Shown piece after piece: positions 39,540 to 52,282 of a stretch of DNA of 64,000 bases. The notes under the pieces are model-generated. The model did not search any database, was not told the DNA's origin, and was given only the letters and a program-made list of their open reading frames with translations. This DNA is from Octopus vulgaris. Taxonomy: Eukaryota. The DNA is taken from assembly GCA_951406725.2 (NCBI GenBank), contig OX597821.1, positions 10,292,001 to 10,356,000 on the forward strand. Direction: 5' to 3'. Both the position numbers and the translations under genes were made by a program. Each line of letters starts with the position of its first letter. Positions within the stretch are counted from its first letter, which is position 1.

Positions 39540-41965
39540 GTCATGGGTACAGACAAAAGCACGACCATGATCCCGGGTTGGCCACCAAACCACTCAAGAC
39601 ACCAACAGCAACGTCATTTCTACTGATGAATATAAAAGGCCTGTTGCAGAACAACAGCAAATGCAAAATTGAGCATCTGAAGTATTTTCCTGCATGTAAT
39701 CAAGCTAAGTGCATTGCACTTACAGAAATATATTTATCTGCAGACATAAGTGATGCAGAGATACACATACCAATGCATGCTTTCTTCTGTACAGAATAGA
39801 CAAAGGTGGAGTTGCAATATACATCCAAGATGCTGTCACATCAACCCTGCTGGCGAACTCGAACTCGGTGTGTGGAACTCTCATAGTAAATTCATAGCAA
39901 CTTTATATGCACACTATATCGCCCACCTGATACCTGAAATCATGATGGAAGATTTTAGGAAAGCTCCAGTGCGATAAAGGAAGTACTAACACAATTGGAT
40001 CAACGTACTACTATATTCCTGATGGGTGACGTCAGAATCCCCAATATCAGGTGACCCGAGGTCAATATAACCCTAGCAATGACGCGCAAAAAGCGAATCA
40101 AACACAATCTCTACTTGATCATACAAAAATGTTTTTCGTGGAGTAGGTCATACTCTCTCCAAACAGACACAAACATATACTGGACCTCTGTTTACAAACA
40201 ATGTGGTAATTTGTCACGGACAATATTCTTAGACCATAAAATGAAAGAACTGCCAATATATAGCCTAGAATTAATTAAGATAAACTCCGCACAGATGGCG
40301 CTCAAATCTTATCCCGCCTACATTTCTATAAGGCTGATTGGAAGTGACTTGAAAAAATAGACACTCCAACAGGCCTGGCCTCAAAGCCTCTCTATGCAAG
40401 ACATAGATATGAAACTCAATAAATCCATGTCAATAATGCGAGCCTTATGTATTAAATATGTCCCAGAGAAGGCGTCACTATACAGAAAATCATCATTCTC
40501 TGAGACGGGAGAATACTCATGCGGCGGAGAATAACGACCTCGCATCGTTTAAACAAAAACCTTAATGTTAGGTTGAAATCCCACCTGAGAGACGAACTCT
40601 TTTAGAGAATAAAAATCTGAAATCTTAAACCTTCTATGTTGGCAAAGGAGTCTGCCAGAGTATGCTGCAGACCCGGGCTAGATAAGTGAAGCACTAAATA
40701 AACAATTCCGAAGTGTTTTAATTTCTCTACTGGAAAGTGTGCAAATAAAGAAGCCGAAGGTGCTTTTCTATGTAATGTATCAATACGGAAAAGGGGCAGC
40801 CATCGATTACATCAGCACATCACAAGAGGATGTCATATCGTCCATTAATGAAATGAGATGAGACTCAGCAACAAGCCCAGATGATCTCCTAGCTGTTCTC
40901 TTAAAGACATGTAAAAAGCTCTTTCACAGCCACGGCAGATACTCTTTCAGAGCTTCTTGCAAGTATGTGGTAAATTCCCAAAACATAATATGCACTGGCT
41001 ATAAAGTAAAGGAGGGAGCAGAACAGATGCTAACTACAAGCCCATCTCTCTGACCTCACATGTTCGCTAGTCAATGGAACACATTGTGAGAAAGAGGCTG
41101 ATCACATTCCTAGAAAAAAACAACCCTCTCACAAACACACAACATGGCTTCCGTCCAGGGAGGAGCTGTATCACACAGATGCTGCATCACTTTCGCTGGG
41201 TACTGAAGCAACAGCTACACCAGTCAGTTGTAAACGTTGTATTCGTTGCATACCTTTGCCAAGGCTTTCGACACAGTTGATCATGGCATGATCGTATATA
41301 TACGAAACCTTGGTATTGTCGGGAAACTGGGAAAATGGCTTCATGACATTCTGAAAGGCAGATTTGAGACAATTTTAGCCAATGGTGCTCACTCTGAAGA
41401 GATACCAGTCCTCTGCTTAGTACCACAGAGAACTGTACTTGAGCCACTGCCCATAAGATATCATAAAACTACGGAAAGACCTGAACAAAATCTCCAAATG
41501 GGCTCACAAAAATAACAGGCAATTCAATGCTATGAAATTTCAGGAACTCAACTATCTGTCTAAAATCATGCCAAAATCACTGAACATGACGTAAGGAACT
41601 AGGAGTCAGAGTCGGTGCGTGCCCTGGCGGTTCACATGAGCAATGATAAAACATTCCATTTGCATATTACAAAGATGGAAAACACTCTGCAGCCGTATCG
41701 CTGCATAGATTCTGAGGACAGTTTGAGTTTGAAGGTCCCGTAATTGTTCAAGCAGCGGCAGACATCTACAAGTTTTGGATGTAAAAGTTTTCAAGAAACG
41801 TCCGGACAGGTTTCTATCTGAGATTCACGATGAACCCACATCGCGGTAAGAAACACAAAGACCAGTAGCTCCGTGCAACTCGCTACTTCACCAAAATCAA
41901 TATCGGAAACACCACAGAGTAACTATAGGTGGTGTACAAGTTTGAACTCAGCCCTGGCCTGAAAA
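39540..41965 (+). mobile_element. Decayed CR1/Jockey-group LINE ORF2 (AP endonuclease plus RT) with internal deletions
   Basis: LLMNIKGL...IALTEIYL (APE); NYKPISLTSH, QHGFRPGRSCITQ, FAKAFDTVDH, VPQRTVLEPL (RT). Confidence 0.85.
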
Positions 41966-42309
41966 CAGTAACAGATAAAAAATATATATATGTGTGTGTG
42001 TCTGTTCATATACGCACTCACATACATACAGACATAAATATGCATGCAAAATTATATGTCGAATATAATATACATATATACTTAAATACATCCATGCATA
42101 CATGTATAGATATTTTAAATATTATTGCAATGCAATAGCATCACTTACCATCCAAATAAAGCAACGTTAACGACTGTTAATTCCAGCAAACATTGGTGCC
42201 TTGTTGTACCGCTATTCCTTGTTTACAAACATACAGATACACACACACACGCACAGACACTCACACACACCCACACACACACCTACACACACACACACAC
42301 ACACTAAAA

Positions 42310-44265
42310 TATATTCTCTAAAACAATTTCATTAGGAAGATTTTAGTAACGGTTTTAATCTTTGCGACGTTTTCAACTTCGAATGGAGAACGAAAAAATT
42401 AAAACTGTGGAAAAATTAAATCAAATGCTTTTCCAAAATATTTCCATTGTTTTCAAATACATGGGACATTTTTCTTTTTACACTCTTTTTTACTCTTTTG
42501 TTTGCTTATTAGCAGGTATTAGGTAGCCCTAGTCCTAAAAGAATATTTGATATCAGTTCTTGGTTTTGTTTGTAGAAACAGCAGTAGTTGCCGAAGAAGG
42601 GAGCGAAGAAGAAGGAGAAGAAGAAGAAGAAGAAGAAGAAGAAGAAGAAGAAGAAGAAGAAGAAGAAGAAGACGACGACGACGACGGAAAGAGGAGGAAA
42701 AATAAAAATATGGGAGTGAGATGACACATGTGGGATGTTGATGGAATCCTCGGAAATGATCAAATGACCTAAAAGTGACCTTTTGGGTTGCAACAGTAGT
42801 GATTGATGTATGGTAGGGCTTTTGTTTGCAGATCCTTCTTTAGTTTAGGCAGTCTGAGCTCTTGGATATTAGGTTGAACTATAGTTTCTAATACAAGCAA
42901 CAGGAATACGCGATCACATGAACTGAAGGATACTCTCATTACCAGGAACTACCAAATATCACTAATTGATCTAAGTTATCAACGTACCCTGCAACTCAAC
43001 GTCCACGAAATCAGACATACCAAACTACAGGAGGATTTACAACCAAAAGCCCAACCATACATCTCCACACACAACCACCTAAATAATGAAGCCTTCGACA
43101 TCATCCTTCAGAAAATTTCCCTACTACAATGGGACCACAGAATGAACTTAATCCTCCAAACGCACACCATTATAAAGAGCAAAAGGCAACACAAATCTAT
43201 GAAAAGTCTGCTACGATGAGCCCAAGTACACTCGAAAACAACACTGAAGCAGTCAGTAAAAAATTGCGGTAAACCTAAATGTGGTACATGCGTCAACCTA
43301 ATCGAGGGATCGGAATTCTCTGTCAAAAAGGGTCTATGTTTTACAGTGAAAAACAACTCCATATATGCTTTGGAAAATCTAATATACATATTAACTTGCC
43401 CAGGGTGTCGAGAGCAATACAATGGCCAAACCAAAAACAGTCTACATCAAAGGATGGTTTTACATAGATCCCAGATCAAAATGCGGTAATACAGAAAACT
43501 AGCATTCAGCGAACACATTAACATTTGCACCACTAACGAACAACACACCTTCAGAATTTTCTCCCTCTATAATTTCCAGGATGATGCAACCTGTAGTCAG
43601 TCATGTTTTATCACAAAATATAAACCCCTTTTGAATGAATCCAATCCAAATAACACTACTAGAAAAGCCTTAGAAAAATATCCATTCAAATATTAAAAAC
43701 GATATATTCGAAACAGTCAATTCACATGAATTTATTCAGAACAATTCTAGTTCCTATTACTACCACAAAGGTTACTCTTAGGACACTTGATCAATTAAGA
43801 GGGTTCCACCAACATACTACAACTATCATATCACACACGTATTTTTAATAGTCTTTCTCTTATTTTCCTACCCCTTCTTCTTCTTCTTCTTCTTCTTCTT
43901 CTTCTTCTTCTTTTTCTTCTTCTTCTTCTTCTTCCCCTTCTTCTTCTTCTTCTTCTTGTCAGTCGCATCCTTCCTTAGCAACTACTGCTGCTTAAACATT
44001 TAAATCCAAGAGTTCATGACAAATATCCTTTTAGATTTGCTACTACCTGCTACCACGCCTTCACAAGAATAAAAAAGAGAGAAACAGACAGAAAAGAGGA
44101 AAATGTCCCTTGCATTTGAAAACTATGCAAATATTTTTTTTAAAAACATTTCATTCAATTATTCCACAATATAATTGTTTTTCATGCTTTACTCCAAGAA
44201 GAAAAGGTCTGAAACCGGTACTAAAACGTTTTTCATGATAAAATTATTTTAGCATTTCCTACTTT
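42310..44265 (+). mobile_element. PLE 3' end preceded by an inverted, diverged copy of its own tail
   Basis: About 42920-43640 reads CGKPKCGTC...LIYILTCPGCREQYNGQT...KYKPLLN. 42310-42900 aligns as the reverse complement of about 43700-44265, including (GAA)n versus (CTT)n. Confidence 0.8.
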
Positions 44266-44266
44266 G

Positions 44267-44393
<127 letters not shown>

Positions 44394-45227
44394 CATATAT
44401 AAACATACATATATATACATATATATAAATGTGTGTGTGTGAGTTTGTGTGTATGTGTATATATACACACACATCTACATGTTTGTGAGTCTTAGTGTCT
44501 TTCTAAGGAAATAGGACATTTTGGTTACTAAAATGTTATGTTTACTATCGTCTTTCTTTAAAATTTAAACGAGATTCAATGAATAATTGTAGTTTTACCT
44601 TTGAACAATTCCTTTCATATACTCCTGTTGCATACACTTGAATAATACATAAGGAAATGTACGAGAATTAAATTAGTTATCTGCAGAATGCACATCTAAT
44701 TGAGTCACATGCAAATCTAATAGCATAAACTGCTAAATTGTTATATCTATGATCACTTTCGCTTTTTTCTCTATTGTGATTTCTTTCATTGTACGCCTGA
44801 CATTTGTATGATCCTACGCTTTACTGTCTCCTTGCAGTAAGTCATCAAACAGTTTTCATTTCAGTTGAAACTAAAATGGCATTGATGTGACAATTCAAGA
44901 TAAATTGCTGCTTTTAAGTTTTAAATTTAAAGTTAAAATTTACCTAAATATTTTCTGTTCCATTAAATCGCCTCACTCATAGACAAATATTGGTTTCATG
45001 TCAAATTACTTTACCCTTCCCCGATTAATTTATGGGCATGCTCTAATAAAAAAAAAATTGTTGCTATTATTAAAGAAATTTTATTAGATTGCTTTAGCGG
45101 AATATGAATGCTTCTCAAGCAGAATCAGTGATATCGGTCACAGTTATGCTGACCTGAAAATGCATCATATATATCCCGTAATCAATTTAACGTAACAAAC
45201 GCCTTACAATGATAATAAATATTAATT

Positions 45228-45460
45228 GAAAAGGCGGCGAGCTGGCAGAAACGTTAGCACGCCGGGCGAAATGCGTGGCCGTATTTCGTCTGCCGTTATG
45301 TTCTGAGTTCAAATTCTGCTGAGGTCGACTTTGCCTTTCATTCTTTCGGGGTCGATAAATTAAGTACCAGTTGCGCACTGGGGTCGATGTAATCGACTTA
45401 ATCCCTTTGTTCTGTCCTTGTTTGTCTTATCTGTGATTAGCCCCCTGTGGGTAGTAAAGA
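45228..45460 (+). mobile_element. SINE family A
   Basis: Full head. TSD AATAAATATTAATT at 45214-45227 and 45461-45474. Confidence 0.92.
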
Positions 45461-47352
45461 AATAAATATTAATTAATATGATTATAATTTCACTAATTTT
45501 ACTTTCTATTATTTTCAGATATGGAATCAGTTATCACAGAATGAACTTCAACATTCATATTTATATATCTCCATATACTGGTCTTCAAATTGCAAAATGC
45601 AGATTAAAACTGAAATCAAGTAATTAATTCCACATTTGGAGAGAAATAATACCGTACGGTAATATTTCAAACACACGATGCATGTATACGAACATTCTAA
45701 AACATCTATAATATATAAATGTTCGATATAATCTGAACATTATATCTATCATATAAATTCCGTTCTCTCTGTCTCTGTGTGTGTCTTCTAGAATCTCGAG
45801 CATCCTCCACCTGATTGCACTCAGGTGTATCAGGGCGTGTATAAATCTTGAAAAATTACAAAAATCGATTCTAGGTGAGAATGCAATCGATAAAGCCGTG
45901 GGAACGGGCATTTGTACGCGCAAGTACATCAGCTGTTACGATCGATACTACGCGCACGCGAGAGAAATGCACGTGCTGTTTGCGCCAAAAAATCATCATG
46001 CTTTTCCATCTAGATTTACTTTCAGCTAACCCATTTGCATGCATCGTTTTTGTCCTGCTTTTCTTCGGTCAACCTGTACATAACTGTACCTCCCGTTTTC
46101 TGGTTGTTTTTGTACTGTTTAAAGGCACGTTTCTTTCCTGCCAAGCTTACTGTTTAAACCATGTTTGTGTTCTCCCAGTCAACAGCCTTATCCTTACTGG
46201 AACTTTACACTTTTCGGTTGCATATTTGCGTGAATAAAATCGTTTTCCTTTGGAATAGAAAAAAGTATATCCCTATTTCTTCTTTTGCTGGCGTCTCAAA
46301 TTTAGGTTAAATCAGTGTTTCTCAAGGTGGGGTATGGGACGGTCGGACAAGTTGTTTTGAGAAAATTTGGTTTAAATGTTTGACAACTCAGCACGTCCAT
46401 TGAACTTGGGGGGCGTGTTGCTCGTATATATATATATATACATTTATATATATATATATTTATATATATACATACATATATGCGTGTGTGTGTGTGTGTC
46501 TATATGTGTGTGAGTGTGCATATATTTATGTGCATACTTGTACGTGTATACAATCTTTTCATGAGAAATTTCAAAATTTCTCTATATTTACGTATCGTCA
46601 ATTAATAGGCTATACTATGAAGTATATTAAGCTATTTTTTGAAGAAATACCATCTACGCAGAAGACATCGAAGATTAATGGAATCCGATATGTGGAGAGT
46701 TGCATTCCTGTAAGTAGCATAGTTAATGGGTGCTTGAGTCAATCCTCCATAAATGTGAGAAAAAAGAAATTGCACATCTGTTATCGTTTAGAGAAACTGC
46801 CGTTTAAATATAGAATCGTTTATCAATATTTGCTATGGCGATTGCAACGCTCGGTGATATAACATTTTCGTAAATATTCTCAGTTTATGATCTGGTTAGC
46901 TTTTTCTGTGTAACTGTTGTGCATCTTGGCATACTATATAGAAATTAAACATGCCGCATTCCAATGTTTTGTGTTCACGTGTACAATTATTCTTTTAAAA
47001 GTACAGTTGTGCATAAAAGAAACTCATGCCTATACACGTATACATATATTCATTGCAGAGTGGTTATTTTAACGAGTTATATCTATTTATCAAACGATGG
47101 GATACACCCCTGCACCGTCGAATACTCCTCAACCCGTTGTTAGGCATCCCGTGAATGATCGATGCTAGATGTGTCGAAAGAATTGTAATGACGAAAGAAT
47201 TTCGTATCTCCCATTATCCGTCTCCCATGAGCCCAATACATAATGAACACTATGAAAATGATCGTGCTTTACTAGTAAGCTGTGAGGTATAAGCCATTCG
47301 TTTTATTATCTAATAATAATAATAATCATAATAATAATAACGCTAATAACAA

Positions 47353-48024
47353 TAAGTGGAGTATAAATTAAGACATGACAGAGTTGGCCAATATCTACAC
47401 TGGCTAATAAGTCGGCATTACAATATCAAAACTGCCAACAAGTGGTATAATCACCACCCTGAGGCTGTAACTGAAGGAGAAAATGTAACCATTATGTGGG
47501 ACTTTCCAGTACATACAGACCGAACCATCAAGGCCAATAAACCAGATATTGTTGTGAAAGACCAAAACAATAAAGTTTGCTTATTGATCGACATGAGCAT
47601 CCCCTGTGATCATAATATCTCAGCGAAAGAGTTTGACAAGCTCAGAAAATATAAAGACCTACTCATTGAAATTGAGAAAATGTGGCATCTCAAGGCGGTT
47701 ACAATACCAGTGATCATAGGAGCACTAGGAATGATCAAGAAGGGAACCGGAAATTATATGAGAATGATCCCTGGCTTACCATCCCTGCAAGAAGTGCAAA
47801 AGATTGTCTTAACTGGTACATCACACGTATTGAGAAGAGCATTGTCGATGTGAGAAATATTACTACCCATGTATTTTAATTTAATAAAAAAAGAAAAAAA
47901 AAAATGAACGAACTATTGAGTTTAGTTTAATGGCCTACCAATGTATACTATGAGTTTCTTTGCCCTAAGAGTCGGGAAGACACTCGGCAAGAAATGGAAG
48001 AAAATTTGAAAGAGGAAAAAAAAA
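47353..48024 (+). mobile_element. 5'-truncated R4/Dong-clade LINE: restriction-like endonuclease domain plus 3' UTR, in (TAA)n
   Basis: Open frame 47356-47853 with RHD, WD, KPDIV...IDMSIP, KLRKY, IGALG and QKIVLTGT (the RLE PD-(D/E)xK signature). TAA repeats on both flanks. Confidence 0.9.
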
Positions 48025-48101
48025 TAATAATAATAATAAAAATAATAGTAATTATAATTATATAATTATATATATGCATGTACATATATGTATATATGGT
48101 C

Positions 48102-48141
<40 letters not shown>

Positions 48142-48244
48142 GGTTACATTTTGTCCTTCAGTTCAGCCTCAGAGTGGTGATTATACCACTTGTTATATAT
48201 ATATATATATATGTCGTATATATGTATATATATATATCTTTGTC

Positions 48245-48304
<60 letters not shown>

Positions 48305-48306
48305 TA

Positions 48307-49185
48307 TTAATAATTAAGCGTGTTTCAAGTGGCCCCAATGACGCTAAAAATAGCGCCAGAAGACGACTAAAAACGCAATTTTTCACTGATACACATTAAT
48401 TGAATGACCATAAATTCTAAGTCCATATACCAATAACGAAAATAATCCTAAATTGAATTGTCACTTAGTTATCCTCAGCGTGTCTTGCTGACCTAAGTAT
48501 TATAGAAACTAACCGTCTCAACAATGTGCACGTTGTCCGTTTTTAATGCCACAGCAAATTTAAAAAGGTAATGCAAGTGAATAAAAAATTCTAAAAAATA
48601 TTGATAAGGATATGATTGTTTACAATAATATCTGGTGGTAAGACCATAAGAATAAATTATTAGTTAATAATTAAGAGGACTACATGTGGCACCAACACGT
48701 TAACAATAGCAGTCAGAAGACCGCTAAACTAAAAAATGTTCACTGATACGCATTAATTGAAAACGGGGAATGAGTTGATGTTTTGGGTGCCCGTACCTCG
48801 GACGGAAAGAATCGTAAGTTGAAAAGCCAGGCATAACCATATGGCTACGATTTCAATCACTTTTTAAATTTTAAATTTGCGGCAACATTAAAAACGGTCA
48901 TCGCGAACATTGTTGAGATTGACAGTTTCTATGACCCTTGGGTTAGCAAGACTCGCTCAGGAAAGTAGTAACATTTTAACGAAGGTTGAAATCGTGACAA
49001 TATGGGGATGACTAGATTTTCAATTTAAGATTCTTTTCGTTACAGGTACGGGAGATAAGAATACCTGAGTATGCCCCCGATTTCAATTAACGGGTATCAG
49101 TGAACATTTGAGTTTGTAGTCATGTTCTGACTGCTATATTTAGCGTGCTGTTGCCACTTATAGCACGTTAATTATTCATTTATAA
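48307..49185. repeat. Diverged direct plus inverted repeat (fold-back or MITE-like)
   Basis: 48307-48405 resembles 48664-48765, and both resemble the reverse complement of about 49080-49180. 48475-48570 is inverted at about 48870-48962. Confidence 0.6.
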
Positions 49186-49266
49186 TTTATTACCCTCTGG
49201 CATTACCTCCATGGTAATTAACGCATGCTATACCGCTTGATACCATTGTAAACAATATATTTTATA

Positions 49267-49372
<106 letters not shown>

Positions 49373-49555
49373 TATGTACACACATGTAAAAATGCAACCA
49401 CGTGAGTATCGTTGGAGATTTTCTTCCTCCTCTTCCTCCCTCCCTTTGAAAACATGACTTTGCTCTATTTCTGATAATGCAGTGCTTGTACCACGTTCTC
49501 GCGTTATTGTCTTTTCTTGTTTGTTCTTCGTTTTGATTCACTATATATATATATA

Positions 49556-49603
<48 letters not shown>

Positions 49604-49606
<3 letters not shown>

Positions 49607-49974
49607 AGCAGAGATACCCGGCGTTACTTGGTATTAAAACGGCATAGATTTTTTTATTATTCGTTTAGTTGTTTCTGTCATTATTTTGAGTGTGGCCTTT
49701 AGTCAGAAAAAAAGACAGAAAGAATCAAGAGAGCGAATATATGTAGGCAGGACATATAGAGAATTAGAAAAGGGAAAGGATCGGTTGAAACTGCAGATTT
49801 CAGAGAGAAAAATTAGAAAAAAACATTTCCCAGATTTATTGCTTTACGCGGGAGCTGTGAGCAAAAACTTATAGTACATGGCCATCCTTGGCATATAAGG
49901 AATATGTTAGTATAGTTTGGAGAAGATAGGTTGAAAACTACACATTTATATATATTACACATACTCATCCATTG

Positions 49975-49975
<1 letters not shown>
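49604..49975 (-). mobile_element. Possible non-autonomous Helitron-like element
   Basis: Minus-strand 3' end CCAAGTAACGCCGGG-TATCTCTG-CTTGT resembles a GC hairpin followed by a CTRR/T terminus, but is decayed. Confidence 0.4.
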
Positions 49976-49989
<14 letters not shown>

Positions 49990-50020
<31 letters not shown>

Positions 50021-51240
50021 ATTTCGGGACAGTTATTTGGTTATTTATTTTGGAAACTAATCATAGGCTCCATATATTTTCCTTCACTTGTACATTACTG
50101 TTTTTATTTCATTATTTTTACTCATATCCATTTTCCGGAAATCTTTCATCACACATCCGTGACCTCTTCAGTGGCACTTTTCGTCTAAGGTGTATATCCT
50201 TGCGTGTATGTGTATCTGTAGGTGTGTTTGTTTGTGTGTGTATGCGTGTATGCTTGTGTGTCATAGTTTTTAGCAGCAGTGTGGCCTTCCCGTCAGCCGG
50301 TTGTGCTGCTGGTTTTCTAAGAGCCGAAAGTATGGTACAGATCCTGTATTTGTCACTGTATGTGTGTTCACCCAGGGTATTGCCATCGTTGTATTTGTTG
50401 TTATTACCATCGTCTTCACCACCGCTGCTGCTGTCGTTGCTAATCATGTTGTTGACATTTTTGTGGCCGTCCATGAAATTTCTTGTGTGTGTATTTGTAT
50501 GTATGAGTTTGCTTCGTATGTTTTATGCATCCATGCATTTTATATAGATTCATTTATTTATTTTATCTATATCTATATATTATACTTATCCCAGGTATGT
50601 GACAAATATATTTATATGTTTTTTTTATTTATCTACTTATATATTTATTCATATAATTTTTATACATCTATCATAATTTCTAAAAAGTATCCCAGATAAA
50701 TGCATATGTGTCTATTGTGGGTGCATTACGTCGTATGCTTCTGTGTATTATTTACGATTCTTTTTCTGAGTTCTTTTCCTTACTCTTCTCATCTTTTCTG
50801 TCTTTAGTCATGTGGTGTGATGGTGGGTGTTTCTGTTCCATTCGCGTATTCTATTAAGGCTCGGTGTGTCTACTGCTATGTGTATAGCTTCTGGAATCTA
50901 AGTGTCATGTCAGCTCTATGTGTTGATAATACCTTAACCTCTATGCTATTAATCGAGTCTTCATGTTCTGCCTTAGCATGTTGGTAGAGCACGGACGAGC
51001 TTTTCCCTTCTTTAAGCTCTTTTAATGGGGCACGGTGCCTTTCTAGTACTTTAATTCGTAGACTAGCCTTACTTAATGTTTTTTTTCTAATAATGTATGC
51101 TAGATCGCCATCAGGAATTTATCGACGAATATGACATCTGGTATTTTTTGTTGTCATACCAAATGTTGGCCTACTTTATCTTATTACTGATCCTTTATGT
51201 GCTGTTCTCAGATTTACTCCTATACAGATTTACTCCTATA
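49990..51240 (-). mobile_element. PLE 3' end (GIY-YIG plus long tail)
   Basis: SSVLYQHAKAEHEDSINSIEVKVINTHRADMTLRFQ...PSLNRIREW, homologous to the 38.4 kb copy. Confidence 0.75.
50135..50174 (-). ncRNA. Hammerhead motif in the PLE tail
   Basis: CCA-CTGAAGA-G-GTCAC GGATGT GTGAT-GAAA-GATT-TC-CGG. Core intact; single mismatches in stems I and III. Confidence 0.55.
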
Positions 51241-51289
51241 CAGAATCACTCTACATAAAGAGAAACAGCATGAAGCTTCCTTAAAGTCT

Positions 51290-51830
51290 TGGCGATACCT
51301 GCTCTGAGACCCACGCAAAACTTTTCAAAACGTTTTCATCGTTCTCGACACAATCAAGGATGTCCTTGTGCAACTGAAACCCGGGTGTCTTTTTGCTCAG
51401 CTGAAAGTAGTTTTGGCGCAAATTTGGATGACACGCGTCTCATACGCAAATCTTCAGCGACAATAGATTGACCTGAACCGTGTCTAATCTTCTTATCCTT
51501 TGAATTGTTACGAACGGTGATTCGACGATTTTCCCTCAAAACTGCACGCACAACTTTAATGTTTTTTTCTGTTCTGCTGGTTGCGGTCTCCCAGAACGTT
51601 CGTAAATATTGACTAATTTTCGGCCATCTTGGAAACGTCGAAAACACTCGTGCACTTATGTGCGGCTCATACACTCTTCTCCACAAACTCTTCTCTCATA
51701 TACTTGTATTTCTTTCTGCAAGTTTGCGTTGGCATGAAAACTTTCTCTGCCATGGGCAATGCGACGGTCACACGTTGCAGACCTTCATTCGAAGCCCTCC
51801 TGTAAACAGCGGAAGTGAAGTAGAATGTGA
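51290..51830 (-). mobile_element. Mariner transposase N-terminal remnant
   Basis: ATSRTEKNIKVVRAVLRENRRITVR...QSIVAEDLRMRRVSSKFAPKLLSAEQKDTRV. Confidence 0.85.
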
Positions 51831-52282
51831 AAACTTAGAGCATATCGACAGCAGATTTCAAGGTCAGCTTCATTCCACGTGCCTCAGATTCGTTTCTATG
51901 GCAACTCTCTGCAAACATATTAGTCAGACCTGATACATACGTATATAGTAAAATCAAGAATAAAAACAAAACCAAGAAAGCTGTAGAGAGTGAAAGTATT
52001 ATGCCGACATGAATGAAGTGATCGGAGTGGAGAAATATATAGGGTGTCTTGAAGAATGTGAAAATGACCAGTGTGCGCATGTGCGTTCATATTTGTATGA
52101 GAAATGTATGTGTGAGGGAGTGATCCAGAGAGATTAGTAGCAGTAGTTACTTTTTGTGATGAGGTGAGATCACATGGGCATGAGAACGTTGTTGTTTCTC
52201 TGTATGTAAGGATTTGTTTGTGTGTGTACATATGAACGTGTGTGCATGTGCACGGCTGTATATATATATATATATATATATA

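Noticed and set aside
46555-46920. Possible mariner C-terminal remnant
   Set aside because: Similarity too weak to support by eye.
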